Shown: positions 33,282-43,874, numbered from the stretch's first letter. The stretch is DNA of 64,000 nt from a virus (IMGVR_UViG_3300037067_027643:1-64000); one strand, 5' to 3'. The notes: generated by a model not told the origin, from the letters alone. Translations and numbers: made by a program.

Positions 33282-33818
33282 TTAAATTGATTCAATTATA
33301 TAAGGAGGTCTGACTCCACCATTAAAATAAACAGCTGCTTCTAATGCTTTTACAATCTTATCTTTTGGTTTTGTATTTTTATCCATAGCAAATAACGCAC
33401 CTTTAGCATACGATTCTCCACAACCACAAGCGTTATAATTATTAACCGATTCGCAAACTTGGAAATCAGCTTCTATCTTGAATAATCTACCACAATATCC
33501 AACTAAAAATGTCCCTCCACTTTCTTCATTGTTATCTATTTTAGTATAACCACCTTTTGTTAGAACTTTTCTTAATTCTGTAATAAACTTAGTACACATG
33601 TATTTAAAAATATCTTCGTCATCTAATCTTGTTGGTGGTATAAATGAAAACATAATCAATTGAATCATACGATAGCTAGTTGTGCAACCAAATACAAAAT
33701 CATCAACTTTAAAAACTTTTGGATCTTTTCTAATAGTTATATCAAAATCACTTGCTCCAGCACTATCACCACCTATATATACATTACCTTTATCAACTAT
33801 TCCAACAATGCAAGTCAT
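33282..33818 (-). CDS. Ntn-hydrolase, HslV/proteasome beta-like protease
   Basis: N-terminal M-T-CIVG...GGDS, KVF, GCGESYAKGAL. Confidence 0.75.
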   Translation of the reverse strand: MTCIVGIVDKGNVYIGGDSAGASDFDITIRKDPKVFKVDDFVFGCTTSYRMIQLIMFSFIPPTRLDDEDIFKYMCTKFITELRKVLTKGGYTKIDNNEESGGTFLVGYCGRLFKIEADFQVCESVNNYNACGCGESYAKGALFAMDKNTKPKDKIVKALEAAVYFNGGVRPPYIIESI

Positions 33819-33833
33819 TTTCTATTTTTTATT

Positions 33834-33846
33834 TTAATATACAAAA
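33834..33846 (-). promoter_or_regulatory. Promoter motif TTTTGTATATTAA, copy 5
   Basis: Exact repeat. Confidence 0.7.
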
Positions 33847-33853
33847 TTTTTCA

Positions 33854-34753
33854 TTACCAAACATTCTTTCCATCATCAAAAATATTATAATGAATCCTTG
33901 GATAATATCTCCAATCATTCTTTATACACATATTAAAAATAACCTTAGAACTTTTCTTTAACATATCACTATCAGTACCTTGTGGAACAATAACAATATC
34001 ATCATTATTAATAAATGTTAAATATGGTAAATATTCAATGTTTATCTCCTCAAAATCTCTCATACTATTAACAGTAAACTTCACCTCAAAATCATGACAT
34101 TTTTTAATGTTTATAAAATAATCACAATACATAGCTATCAACCTAATATCTATTCTATACTTATTATGTACAAATTCAACAGTTTCATTATATTCTATAT
34201 CGGTATTCTTTAAAGCTGCTTTTGTTGGGGTAGTATTACTTAGTTTTGCTGATATACTTAAAAAGTCAACATAATCTAACATATCTGGATTATATATCGT
34301 ACCGTTTGTTTCTAATACAGTATATAAATCCATCTGTTTTAATTCTTGTAGTAATAAGTTTAATTCTTTCAATTGAAGTGTTGGTTCTCCTCCTGTTATT
34401 ACTACTCGTTTTATTGTTTGGGTATTATTTGATACTGTATTTAATATATCATATAATGAAGTAGACTGTTTATTTTCATATTGTATCTCTTTCCAAACAT
34501 CACATGGATCACTCTTATATTCTGTATCTAACCAACAACAATGTAAATTACATCCACTAAACCTTATATATATACAAGATAACCCTGATAACTTACCTTC
34601 GTTTATTACTGTTCCTGGTTGTTTTGGGTATTTTATCTCACTCGTTTCATTGTTTGTTTCTAATAGATTGTTTCCATCTCGATCGTATAATATTGGAAAT
34701 ATTCCATTTTTAGTGAGGTTGATGTTGATATCTTTGTAGGTTTCGTTGTTCAC
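33854..34753 (-). CDS. Second, divergent QueE-like radical SAM protein
   Basis: IRFSGCNLHC...CDV, VITGGEPTLQ, ETNGT, PRIH. Confidence 0.75.
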   Translation of the reverse strand: MNNETYKDININLTKNGIFPILYDRDGNNLLETNNETSEIKYPKQPGTVINEGKLSGLSCIYIRFSGCNLHCCWLDTEYKSDPCDVWKEIQYENKQSTSLYDILNTVSNNTQTIKRVVITGGEPTLQLKELNLLLQELKQMDLYTVLETNGTIYNPDMLDYVDFLSISAKLSNTTPTKAALKNTDIEYNETVEFVHNKYRIDIRLIAMYCDYFINIKKCHDFEVKFTVNSMRDFEEINIEYLPYLTFINNDDIVIVPQGTDSDMLKKSSKVIFNMCIKNDWRYYPRIHYNIFDDGKNVW

Positions 34754-34755
34754 AT

Positions 34756-36057
34756 CTATTCTTCATCAAAGAAGTTATCAATATCTGGAGATAATGGTTG
34801 TTTTTGCTGTTCTTTAATAGCTTTTTCTTCTCTTCGTTCTTTTTTAGTAACTTTTACCTTCTCTTCTTCTACAACATTAAAAAATTCACCTATACTTTCA
34901 TTGTCAACAGATATATTTTCTACAGAATTATTTAATCTTTGATATACAGGTAAATATTTATTATAAATAGCTATTGGATTATCACTTTCCAATATTTCAT
35001 TCATTGATTGATATACCTTGTATAAATCAGTTGATATAAATTCTTTAATAATTTCATCATTACATTTAAACAACTTATCACAAAAATCAAACATCTGTTT
35101 ATAAATCATCATGTTGTGATGTGTAAGTATCATATATTGATATTCATCGAACTTACTAATATCTTGAAATGTTACTCCTTCACAAATTTTACAATCATTT
35201 GGACACGGTAGTAATTCTTCTAAATTTAATTTATGCTTTTTTCCTATTGTAATGCTGTTCATTGAAAGTGTATTCCAATTTACTCCGGTATAATACGTTC
35301 CAAAAATTGTAGCAAGGTTAGGAGATGAACTATCAGTTGTCAGTTGATACTTATTCCCATATCTATTATTAAATGCTTTTTGTAACATCGTAAACAGTAT
35401 TACATGGGTAGGTGATGTCGCTCCTAAATAATGTAGATATTTATTATGATTTTTTTCAAATTCTTTATTCTCTAATAAAAATGCTACACTATATAATATA
35501 GAATCCGCAGTTTTTGCTCCACCAAATGCCCATCCTCCAAATTCAAAATCTTTAACAGCATTATACCATTTTTTTCCAAATTCTTTAGATTCACACATTC
35601 CTTGAAGAACATTTAAATATTTTGTTTTTCCAGACTGGTTTTCGTTAAAATATTTAAAATTTTCTATACTTAAATTTAATGCATCATCTAAATGATTTGC
35701 ATATATTCCTCTTGTTGGAATATCAATATTCATAGCAATATCACTATTATTTTCCAACCAATTAAAAATTTGAATTCTCAAATTAGAGTCCCATTTTAAG
35801 GCTCCAGTTGCTATTTGATATCCTCCACTATCTCCTATTACAAAAGAATCTTGTAATCCCATTTTCTCTCTAATTTCCATTTCTTTATATCTATGTCCCG
35901 CGCTTAAAAGAAAGTAAGGATGATATAATTCTATTGGATAATCTTTTTCATAAAATCTGCACGATAAACCTGGATGTATTTCTCTATTTCTTTGAAGCCA
36001 TCCTTGACTGTTTCCACTTGATAAGGATGGGAAAAATATTAATTTATTATCTCTCAT
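34756..36057 (-). CDS. dpdA: DpdA/TGT-like 7-deazaguanine DNA transglycosylase
   Basis: DSGGYQ, NIDIP, NVLQG, GWAFGG, HYLG, DSSS, CxxxCxxC...HN; adjacent to folE/queD/queE. Confidence 0.8.
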   Translation of the reverse strand: MRDNKLIFFPSLSSGNSQGWLQRNREIHPGLSCRFYEKDYPIELYHPYFLLSAGHRYKEMEIREKMGLQDSFVIGDSGGYQIATGALKWDSNLRIQIFNWLENNSDIAMNIDIPTRGIYANHLDDALNLSIENFKYFNENQSGKTKYLNVLQGMCESKEFGKKWYNAVKDFEFGGWAFGGAKTADSILYSVAFLLENKEFEKNHNKYLHYLGATSPTHVILFTMLQKAFNNRYGNKYQLTTDSSSPNLATIFGTYYTGVNWNTLSMNSITIGKKHKLNLEELLPCPNDCKICEGVTFQDISKFDEYQYMILTHHNMMIYKQMFDFCDKLFKCNDEIIKEFISTDLYKVYQSMNEILESDNPIAIYNKYLPVYQRLNNSVENISVDNESIGEFFNVVEEEKVKVTKKERREEKAIKEQQKQPLSPDIDNFFDEE

Positions 36058-37210
36058 TATTTAAAACTGTCTTAAAATATTCATATTCATTCCAAATATT
36101 AACTTCTCTATCAATTCCATTTGACATAATATATCCTTCTAATCTACGTCCTAAATCAGAAATATCGGCTATATCATAATGTGTTTGTGGATGTAAAATT
36201 GCATTATTTAAATATTCAATTGCACTTTCTAATTTAAAAGGGACATACAATCTGTTAGTTGATATAAACTCTGGAAAACTTCTAAAATTTGGATATACAA
36301 TATCACATCCAAATATCGATGCTTCTATTACTGTCCAACTTATATAATCTTGTAACGATGAATTGAATTGTATTTTAGCTTTTGATAATAATTCATAATA
36401 TTCTTCTTTTTTTAATGATGACTTAATAATAAATCTATCATTTTCTTTAGCTAATTTATTTATTTCATCCAATACAATATTATCGTTACTTCTAACACTT
36501 GATCCTGACGTTGTATAAATCCACTTCCAATCCAAATGCACTTTTAAAAATTGTCGAGCTACATTAATCATAAAAATTGGATTCTTTTCCCAATCTAATC
36601 TACTTGAAAAAATAACTATATTTTCTTTTTGAATATTACTATTATCATAAACTTTTTTAACATACTCAATATGAATAGGAAGTGAAACAACATGTATCTT
36701 ACAAGTAAACCCCGCATTTATTAATTGCTGTTTATGAATATCACATCCAACAAATATTCCAGTTAATTTTTTATCCAATCCCAATTCATACCATCGCATC
36801 CAATCTTTCATCGGATAAGTAAAATCATATTCATCAACAGATTGAGCATGTAGCATTGCATATACCTTTATATCTTTTATCTTATATAAATCTAATGCAT
36901 AAAAAATACTTTCTATTCCTGGTGTCCAAAAGTCTTGTAAATATATAATATCTCCGTCTTTAACAGTTCCTTTATTAATATATTGTAGCATTTGTTCACA
37001 TTGTTGAAGAGAATAAATTCCACGTCCAACCGCATCTAATACACATCCTACTTTAATATCAGTAGCTTTAGTTTCACTACCATACAAAGGAATAAAATTA
37101 ATTTTATCTTTATATTTTTTAAATGTATCTGGAATCCATTCTTCACAGAGTTGATATGTATATCTACTTTTAACACTTTCTAATCCAAAATAAAATAAGT
37201 TTTGTTTCAT
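36047..37210 (-). CDS. GT-B fold glycosyltransferase within the deazaguanine cluster
   Basis: SRLDWEKNP, SLQDYISWTVIEA, YPNFRSFPE. Confidence 0.7.
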   Translation of the reverse strand: MKQNLFYFGLESVKSRYTYQLCEEWIPDTFKKYKDKINFIPLYGSETKATDIKVGCVLDAVGRGIYSLQQCEQMLQYINKGTVKDGDIIYLQDFWTPGIESIFYALDLYKIKDIKVYAMLHAQSVDEYDFTYPMKDWMRWYELGLDKKLTGIFVGCDIHKQQLINAGFTCKIHVVSLPIHIEYVKKVYDNSNIQKENIVIFSSRLDWEKNPIFMINVARQFLKVHLDWKWIYTTSGSSVRSNDNIVLDEINKLAKENDRFIIKSSLKKEEYYELLSKAKIQFNSSLQDYISWTVIEASIFGCDIVYPNFRSFPEFISTNRLYVPFKLESAIEYLNNAILHPQTHYDIADISDLGRRLEGYIMSNGIDREVNIWNEYEYFKTVLNNER

Positions 37211-37214
37211 ATCA

Positions 37215-37637
37215 TTAAATTTTTAGATCATATTTATAATCATCTGGATATGTTTTTATCATTTGCATTTTAGTAACTTGATAAACTCTATACCAATCCG
37301 CATCAACTGAAACGGTATCTGTTTGTTTTAATCTTTCTATATTAATATCTTTTATTCTATAAATAATATGTACATGATTAAATATTGATAATGGAATATC
37401 GTTTAAACATTCCCTATTTGCTTCAATTGTAATGGTTTTCTTGGTTGTATGAATAATATCTTCTATGCATTTAAAATCTTGCTTTTTAATACAATCATTA
37501 ATAAATTCAATTGTAAAATAAACATGTGGATATTCTGCTATTAATTCTTTTTTATAATCTTTTCTAAAAAAAATAGTATAAATATCTTTATATCTACCTT
37601 CTACTTCTTTTCCTATCCAATACGACTCGTTATACAT
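37215..37637 (-). CDS. Hypothetical protein in the deazaguanine cluster
   Basis: W.G.EVEGRY motif; overlaps the upstream ORF. Confidence 0.5.
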   Translation of the reverse strand: MYNESYWIGKEVEGRYKDIYTIFFRKDYKKELIAEYPHVYFTIEFINDCIKKQDFKCIEDIIHTTKKTITIEANRECLNDIPLSIFNHVHIIYRIKDINIERLKQTDTVSVDADWYRVYQVTKMQMIKTYPDDYKYDLKI

Positions 37638-37977
37638 ACACTTCCGCTCCGTTTTCGTTATCTTCCATACAAGAACAATATTCTAAATCAAATTGTGATA
37701 ATAACTCTTTTGCTATCATTTCGCAACTCATATTATCAAATAATAAACATTTATAATATTTATCAAAATATTTTTCTGTTAAATATTCTACAATGGTATG
37801 TTTATAATCAATAAACTCAATATCTCTATCATCATGATTTACTAATTTTTTACAAGTAATATAAAAATTATGTCTATGTAAATCGGATAAAAACCCAACT
37901 TGTATTAATTTATTTTTAGCATCTTTCCATCTATGCAATCCTTCAACTGATAAATTAATAATTATATTTGTTTTCAT
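37630..37977 (-). CDS. Small QueD-like T-fold protein
   Basis: EGLHRW, HRHNF, DRDIEF, SCEMIA, EDNENGA resemble PTPS/QueD metal-binding elements. Confidence 0.55.
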   Translation of the reverse strand: MKTNIIINLSVEGLHRWKDAKNKLIQVGFLSDLHRHNFYITCKKLVNHDDRDIEFIDYKHTIVEYLTEKYFDKYYKCLLFDNMSCEMIAKELLSQFDLEYCSCMEDNENGAEVYV

Positions 37978-37978
37978 A

Positions 37979-38614
37979 TTAATTATTTTTTACAAAATTA
38001 ATATTATCATAAAATTCTTTTCGAGAAGCTCCATAAATATCTTTAAATGCCCCGGTCAACTTACTTGTAATCATTCTGCTATTTTGTTTTACTCCTCTAG
38101 CAGATACACATAAATGTTCTGCTTCAATTAATACAGCTACTCCCAAATTATCTACGCACATTTTATCAATATATTCAGCGATCTGCATTGTAAGATTTTC
38201 TTGAATTTGTGGACGTCTAGCAAAGAAATCAACTATTCTATTTAATTTACTTAATCCGACTACCTTACCAGTAGGACTTGGAATATAAGCTATATATGCT
38301 TTACCTCGAAAATTAACAATATGATGGGCACACAAAGAATTCACCTCTATATGACCTGAGAAAACTAATCCATCATATTTTCCTTCGTTATCAAAAGCAG
38401 TAATATTTGGTTGTCCTTTATAACATCCACTCATTAATTCTTCTACCATCATTTTTGATACACGTTTAGGCGTTTCGGCCATCTGTACATCATTTTGCCA
38501 ATCAAATCCTAACGCGGTTAAAAACTTACCATATTCTTTAGTAGCATTTTCTATTGTTTTTTGAATATCTTGTTGAGATACTATTCTATTTTCATTTGAT
38601 TTTATTAAATCCAT
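37979..38614 (-). CDS. folE: GTP cyclohydrolase I
   Basis: [39 protein letters not shown]. Confidence 0.95.
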   Translation of the reverse strand: MDLIKSNENRIVSQQDIQKTIENATKEYGKFLTALGFDWQNDVQMAETPKRVSKMMVEELMSGCYKGQPNITAFDNEGKYDGLVFSGHIEVNSLCAHHIVNFRGKAYIAYIPSPTGKVVGLSKLNRIVDFFARRPQIQENLTMQIAEYIDKMCVDNLGVAVLIEAEHLCVSARGVKQNSRMITSKLTGAFKDIYGASRKEFYDNINFVKNN

Positions 38615-38636
38615 ATTTTTATAATTTTATTTATTT

Positions 38637-38649
38637 TTAATATACAAAA
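38637..38649 (-). promoter_or_regulatory. Promoter motif TTTTGTATATTAA, copy 6
   Basis: Exact repeat. Confidence 0.7.
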
Positions 38650-38668
38650 TTATTATCAATTTTAAAAA

Positions 38669-39553
38669 TTAAACATTTCTTTTCTTTCCAAATAAATGAA
38701 TATGCAGTCTATCAGCAAATACATATCCAGATTTAATACATAATGGAATCAACCAGTTAGCATTTTCATACACTTCTTCCGAGGTAATTCCTTGAGGCAT
38801 TAAATATACATCTGTAGGTTGAACTCCTTTTAAATGTTGTAAAAATTCTGTTTCTATTTCATCAAAATCATCCCTATTAGCTACAACAAACTTTAATTGG
38901 AAATCTTTATCTCCTATTTTTTCAGTATAATCAGAATAATAACAAGAATCAATATATTGTTGAATTACATCTAAATTCTTTCTTTTATCTCGATGTAATT
39001 TCAGTTTATCTTCACTAAAATTAACATTTAATTTTTCCTTAGTGGGTTCAGAGCTACTTAATTTAGGACTCATTGAAATTAAATTAACGTATTCTCCAAC
39101 AATATTGGAATAAATTGTAGCATTAGTCTCAATAGTAATATCATATTGATGTTCTTTATATAATCTCTCTATAAGATCCTCAATACTGTTCTTCTGTACT
39201 AATGGCTCCCCACCTGTAATAACAATATTTTTTAATCGTCCACTGATATTATTATTGACAATCTTTACAATATCTTCATTACATACATGATTAATATCTG
39301 GAGTAAAACTGCTATACTCAGTATCGCACCGATTTACAATGTTTCCGCTTTTCCAAACACATCTCAGATTACATCCACTTGTTCTAATAAATAATGATGG
39401 AACTCCTACTCGTTTTCCTTCTCCTTGTAATGTACCTACTTGATTATAACCAGTACTATCTTTTTGAGCTATTGGATCGTTATTGATATCTACAACGATT
39501 GGAAATATTCCATCTTTTACTAAGTTAGTTGATATTATTTTTTCAGTCTCCAT
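38669..39553 (-). CDS. queE: 7-carboxy-7-deazaguanine synthase (radical SAM)
   Basis: TLQGEG, FIRTSGCNLRC...CDT, ITGGEP, IETN, SPKL, RLH. Confidence 0.9.
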   Translation of the reverse strand: METEKIISTNLVKDGIFPIVVDINNDPIAQKDSTGYNQVGTLQGEGKRVGVPSLFIRTSGCNLRCVWKSGNIVNRCDTEYSSFTPDINHVCNEDIVKIVNNNISGRLKNIVITGGEPLVQKNSIEDLIERLYKEHQYDITIETNATIYSNIVGEYVNLISMSPKLSSSEPTKEKLNVNFSEDKLKLHRDKRKNLDVIQQYIDSCYYSDYTEKIGDKDFQLKFVVANRDDFDEIETEFLQHLKGVQPTDVYLMPQGITSEEVYENANWLIPLCIKSGYVFADRLHIHLFGKKRNV

Positions 39554-39772
39554 AATTTATTTTCCTTACTAAGCTTGAATCATGTACATAAAAATCAGTA
39601 TTATTACCGCTCACCTTCATTGAAATACAGTTCATTTCTGGTAAATATTCAAACCCAACTACTTCTCCCGATTCTCCATTATGTTGATGTTTGCCTGATA
39701 TATAGACTTGTTTTCCAGTCCATTCTGCATTTAATTTTCTTATCTGAGCATCAATTTGCTGTATATTCATTT

Positions 39773-40342
39773 TTATTGTTTATTTTTATTATATGATTTA
39801 ATTCCTTTAGCAAAACGATATCTTTCAATCATTTCTTTTTTAGTATTATTGAAATTTTCCAGTTCATCTAATGTAATTGAACTTACTTTACATTTTACAT
39901 AGCAACTTTCAGTTTCATACAAAATTATTTTTTTTAATGTAATACCTCTATCTAAAAATAGTAAATCAATTGCTAAAAACAATTCCTTTGCCATATTTTC
40001 TGCACTTGGATTACATGATACTCCTTCGCCATTTAAACTCATTATCCAAATTTTATTATTTGCATGAGTTTGTAATGTAGGAAGTAAATAATCTGTTGGA
40101 TTAGAAACATATCCGTGATCAAAATAATCATCGATAAATTGACCCGCTATTCTTTTTATTTCACTAAAATCCATCGAATATCCCAATTCAGGATCTTCCA
40201 TTAAGTCAGGAGTAAACGAAAAGCACAATTTATAATGATAAGTGTGCCCATGGAGTGATCCACAGCCTCCTACATGTTCAACGATTGTATGCGCAGAATC
40301 GAATTTACCCTTACGTACAATATCCATTTTTGTTTTTTTCAT
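39773..40342 (-). CDS. queD: 6-carboxy-tetrahydropterin synthase
   Basis: FDSAH, C..LHGHTY, MDF, FDH, PSAENMA, YET. Confidence 0.9.
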   Translation of the reverse strand: MKKTKMDIVRKGKFDSAHTIVEHVGGCGSLHGHTYHYKLCFSFTPDLMEDPELGYSMDFSEIKRIAGQFIDDYFDHGYVSNPTDYLLPTLQTHANNKIWIMSLNGEGVSCNPSAENMAKELFLAIDLLFLDRGITLKKIILYETESCYVKCKVSSITLDELENFNNTKKEMIERYRFAKGIKSYNKNKQ

Positions 40343-40355
40343 AATTTCATTTTTT

Positions 40356-40396
40356 AAAAATTATTGGGTATTAAAACTAAATTAATACCCAATAAT
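40356..40396 (-). terminator. Intrinsic terminator
   Basis: Perfect 15-bp inverted repeat 40360-40374/40382-40396 followed by a T run on the minus strand. Confidence 0.7.
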
Positions 40397-40423
40397 CTTA
40401 TTTTTATTAAATTGTTTTTTATT

Positions 40424-40600
40424 TTACTTTGAAGCTTCTACAGATTCTCTTCTATATTCTGTAACTAGTTTCTTAATCTCTCCGATAGCTGCTCTTGCTC
40501 TTTTTGCCGCTACTTTTTTACCTTTTTCTGTAAATTCTACATGATTTGTTTCGAATTCTTCCCAAAGTTTTTTTAATTGTTCAAATGTTGTTGTACTCAT
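40424..40600 (-). CDS. Hc1-like (histone H1-like) small basic nucleoid protein, 58 aa
   Basis: Manual translation ...FTEKGKKVAAKRARAAIGEIKKLVTEYRRESV; AAGGAG upstream; below the ORF-track cutoff. Confidence 0.7.
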   Translation of the reverse strand: MSTTTFEQLKKLWEEFETNHVEFTEKGKKVAAKRARAAIGEIKKLVTEYRRESVEASK

Positions 40601-40626
40601 AATTCTCCTTTTTAAATTAATTGTTA

Positions 40627-40845
40627 TTATTTATGATTTTTCTTATTTGTTTTTACTACAATTACATTAGCAATTGAATCCGCTACTTTTTGTCTTTCTG
40701 CGTTTACTTTTGAAATAGAATCTACAGTTCTAAGTGAATCCAATTGTTTTTGAATTTGTGCTGCTTTGTTTGGTTCTGTTGTATTATTACACGATACAAA
40801 CATAAATCCAATTACTGTCAATAATACAAATGTTAATTTCTTCAT
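40627..40845 (-). CDS. Small lipoprotein
   Basis: MKK, hydrophobic stretch, then FVS-C lipobox. Confidence 0.65.
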   Translation of the reverse strand: MKKLTFVLLTVIGFMFVSCNNTTEPNKAAQIQKQLDSLRTVDSISKVNAERQKVADSIANVIVVKTNKKNHK

Positions 40846-40889
40846 TAAATTTAAATCCTTTCTTTTTGTTTAATTGTTAATAATTATTT

Positions 40890-40902
40890 TTAATATACAA
40901 AA
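40890..40902 (-). promoter_or_regulatory. Promoter motif TTTTGTATATTAA, copy 7
   Basis: Exact repeat. Confidence 0.7.
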
Positions 40903-40927
40903 TTGTTTTATTATAAACAAATTTATT

Positions 40928-42649
40928 TTATCCGCATTTGGACATTCCGCACGCTGGGCATTTCTGGCAACTCTCACTAAATACCATTAATTCTCCACAA
41001 TCTGGACATTTATTTTTACTCTTTATACCATCCTTTATAAATTTCTTAATGGTGCGCTCAACACCTGTTTTCCAAGTGTTTATACCATCTTCTTCAAATT
41101 TAAGATTACCTATTAACTCATATACACAAACTAATGGCATTCCTTGTCTAAGTACACCAGATAAAAGTCTAGCATAATTATAATATTGTTTGTCAAATGT
41201 TCTATTTAATCCTTCGTGTGTACATTTAAACCCATCACTATCAACATATTGAAAATCATATCTACTTATACCATTTTCTTTATTTCTGATAATAAATCCC
41301 TTTTCTATTTTTTGAGGAATATTAAAGGATTCTGATTTTCCAGTAAACAATTCGTATGGTTTATTATTTAATAATCCTATAACACTAATCCATTTTTCAC
41401 TATTACTTGTAAATCGAATAATTTCTGCGGGTAATATTTTAGGTCTTTTTGGTGCATGTGTTTCCCAATCGTTATTGATATTAGTTGCATTTTTACTATT
41501 ATCAATTAATATACCATCTCTACTTCCTTCTCTATATATTGTAAATCCTTTACATCCTTGTTTCCATGCTTCTAAATATATTGTTGATATTTCTTGTTCT
41601 GTTACATTATTAGGTAAATTACATGTAGAACTAATACTTTGTTGAATATATTGTTGAATTATTCCTTGTATTTTACATCTATTTATCCAATTAATTTCAC
41701 TCGCTGTTGATTTATAGTAAGGTGATACAGTTATTAATTTATCAAATTCTGTTTTATCTAATTTACTTAATTCTAACGATGATTCTTGTTCTGTTATATT
41801 TTTATATATACTATACCAAATAATAAATTTAGAATGGACTACATTATATTCTTCAAAACTATCACCTTGTTTATCTGTAAATGCTACTTTACTATTTTTA
41901 TCATTTGGATTTACTTTTTTACGTCTTGTATAATATATCATGAATGTAGGTTCAATTCCGGATGTTGTCTTAGTTAATAATGAAATTGATCCTGTTGGTG
42001 CCAATGCTGTTTGTGCTACATTTCTTCTTCCGAATTTTTTATATTTATCTATATAACTTTTATTTAATTTAGGTAACATCAATTGTATAAAATCATTTTT
42101 CGATTCTATATTGTAATCAAATCCTACGAATGAGCCTCTTTCTTCTGCTAAATCTATATCACTTTCTAATGAAGCCTTAGCAAATGAATTCATTATAGTA
42201 TTTTTAATAAATTCTATTGATTCTTCTGAACTATATTGTAAATTCATAGCTGCTAAAGTATCTCCTAATCCTGTATATCCTAATCCTGTTCTTCTACTAT
42301 TTAATGTTGTTTGTTTAATTTTATTCCATAATTCAATTTCTGTTCTCTTTATTTCTATCGGTTCTGGATCAATTTCTATTTTTGATAATATATTATTTAT
42401 TTTATCTATTTCCAAATCTACCATGTCGTCCATTATTCGCTGTCCATATTTTACATGTTGTTCAAATAAATCTATATTAAATGTTGAATTTTTTGTAAAT
42501 GGATTCACTACATAACTATACAGATTAAGCGACATAAGCCTGCAAGTATCTTGTGCCATATAGATTTCTCCACAATCCACATTCAAAATTGATTTATTAA
42601 AATAATTTTCTATTTTATCTTCCGTCTTTTTTATTTTTGTTATAATCAT
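40928..42649 (-). CDS. nrdJ: Class II ribonucleotide reductase, C-terminal half, preceded by a 25-aa intein C-fragment
   Basis: ...ILNVD|CGEI...CRL.SLNL, RRTGLG, APTGSIS, SGIEP, KG.TIYR, C-terminal CxxC pairs. Confidence 0.9.
   Translation of the reverse strand: MIITKIKKTEDKIENYFNKSILNVDCGEIYMAQDTCRLMSLNLYSYVVNPFTKNSTFNIDLFEQHVKYGQRIMDDMVDLEIDKINNILSKIEIDPEPIEIKRTEIELWNKIKQTTLNSRRTGLGYTGLGDTLAAMNLQYSSEESIEFIKNTIMNSFAKASLESDIDLAEERGSFVGFDYNIESKNDFIQLMLPKLNKSYIDKYKKFGRRNVAQTALAPTGSISLLTKTTSGIEPTFMIYYTRRKKVNPNDKNSKVAFTDKQGDSFEEYNVVHSKFIIWYSIYKNITEQESSLELSKLDKTEFDKLITVSPYYKSTASEINWINRCKIQGIIQQYIQQSISSTCNLPNNVTEQEISTIYLEAWKQGCKGFTIYREGSRDGILIDNSKNATNINNDWETHAPKRPKILPAEIIRFTSNSEKWISVIGLLNNKPYELFTGKSESFNIPQKIEKGFIIRNKENGISRYDFQYVDSDGFKCTHEGLNRTFDKQYYNYARLLSGVLRQGMPLVCVYELIGNLKFEEDGINTWKTGVERTIKKFIKDGIKSKNKCPDCGELMVFSESCQKCPACGMSKCG
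42575..42649 (-). mobile_element. Split-intein C-fragment ending in Asp
   Basis: MIITKIKKTEDKIENYFNKSILNVD followed by the catalytic Cys of (NP)CGE. Confidence 0.7.
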
Positions 42650-43874
42650 TTAATTCTTTCTTAAATTGTTCAAAATTATTAAAATATTTATTTATTGTTT
42701 GTATATTCAATCCAAAATTTAATGGTATTAATTTATTTTCTTTAAGATATTTAATAACATTATTAATATTTTCTAAATCAATATTACCATTATATTTATT
42801 AATACCATTGAATATTTTTATTTTATATCCATTAATTGATATATTATTTTTTAAATTATATTCTAATGTACATTTACCTGAACAAGTCATTTTTTCGGAA
42901 CTTGTTCTTTTTTTAAAAATATTTGTACATATTGCACATTTGCATTCTATAATCGGATCATTTAAATCTTTTTCTTGTCTTATTTTTTCGTATTTTTCTT
43001 TTTGACGTTTACTTATATCAGCCGCCATTTGTGGATTATTTTTAAATGCCTCCTTTCTGGATTTACTTAGTTTTAATGTATATTCTGGGTTTTCACATCT
43101 TTCTATTGCTTTTTGCCTTATTTTTTCTATGGTAGATTCTGACATAACAGCACCAAATCTTGGATTATTTTCTCCCCTCATATCACATTCTATAAAAGCA
43201 TCTTTCTTCCATTCTTTGCATTCCAATTTTATATCTTTGTTTTGTTTTAAAATTAAATTAATATCATATATCAATTCATATTCAATTTTAATTGATTCAA
43301 AATATTTTTTAAATAATTCATATTTATCATCCAAATTTTTATTATTACTTTTAACTTCAATTACTTTACACAAAATATTATTTTTATACATAAAAAAATC
43401 TGGTTTATATGATATATCACCCAAATAAAATATTTTATCTTCCATTTCTATTCTATAATCATTATAATATTTATATAAATATTTTAAAATAATAAACTCA
43501 CATTGACTTCGACAGTAATATTTTTTATCATTAATTATAACATAACCAGAATATCCTCGACTAAAATTTTTTGTTTGATGTTTATGTTGAACAGTTCTTC
43601 TATTAGTATGCTTATAAGATGATTCTATAAAATTATTAGCAAATATTTTTTTATTTTCTTCGGCTTCTAATTGTGTACAATTTTTCCGTAAAATCCAATA
43701 TGCAATAGATACTTTACTATTTGACGAATTAATAAATTGTACAATATCTATACATAATTTTTTATTTAATTCTGACTTATCTTTAATATTAAAATAAATC
43801 AAGGTTTTTTCTAAAAATTTATCAAAACCTTGTCTAATTTTTAATTTACTTAATTTTTCTACTGTTTGTTTCAT
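42615..43874 (-). mobile_element. Free-standing PD-(D/E)XK-type homing endonuclease splitting nrdJ
   Basis: RSQCE, YKPDFF, IEVKS; GENNPRFG..MSEST.EK NUMOD3-like segment; CAIC..CSGKC. Confidence 0.75.
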
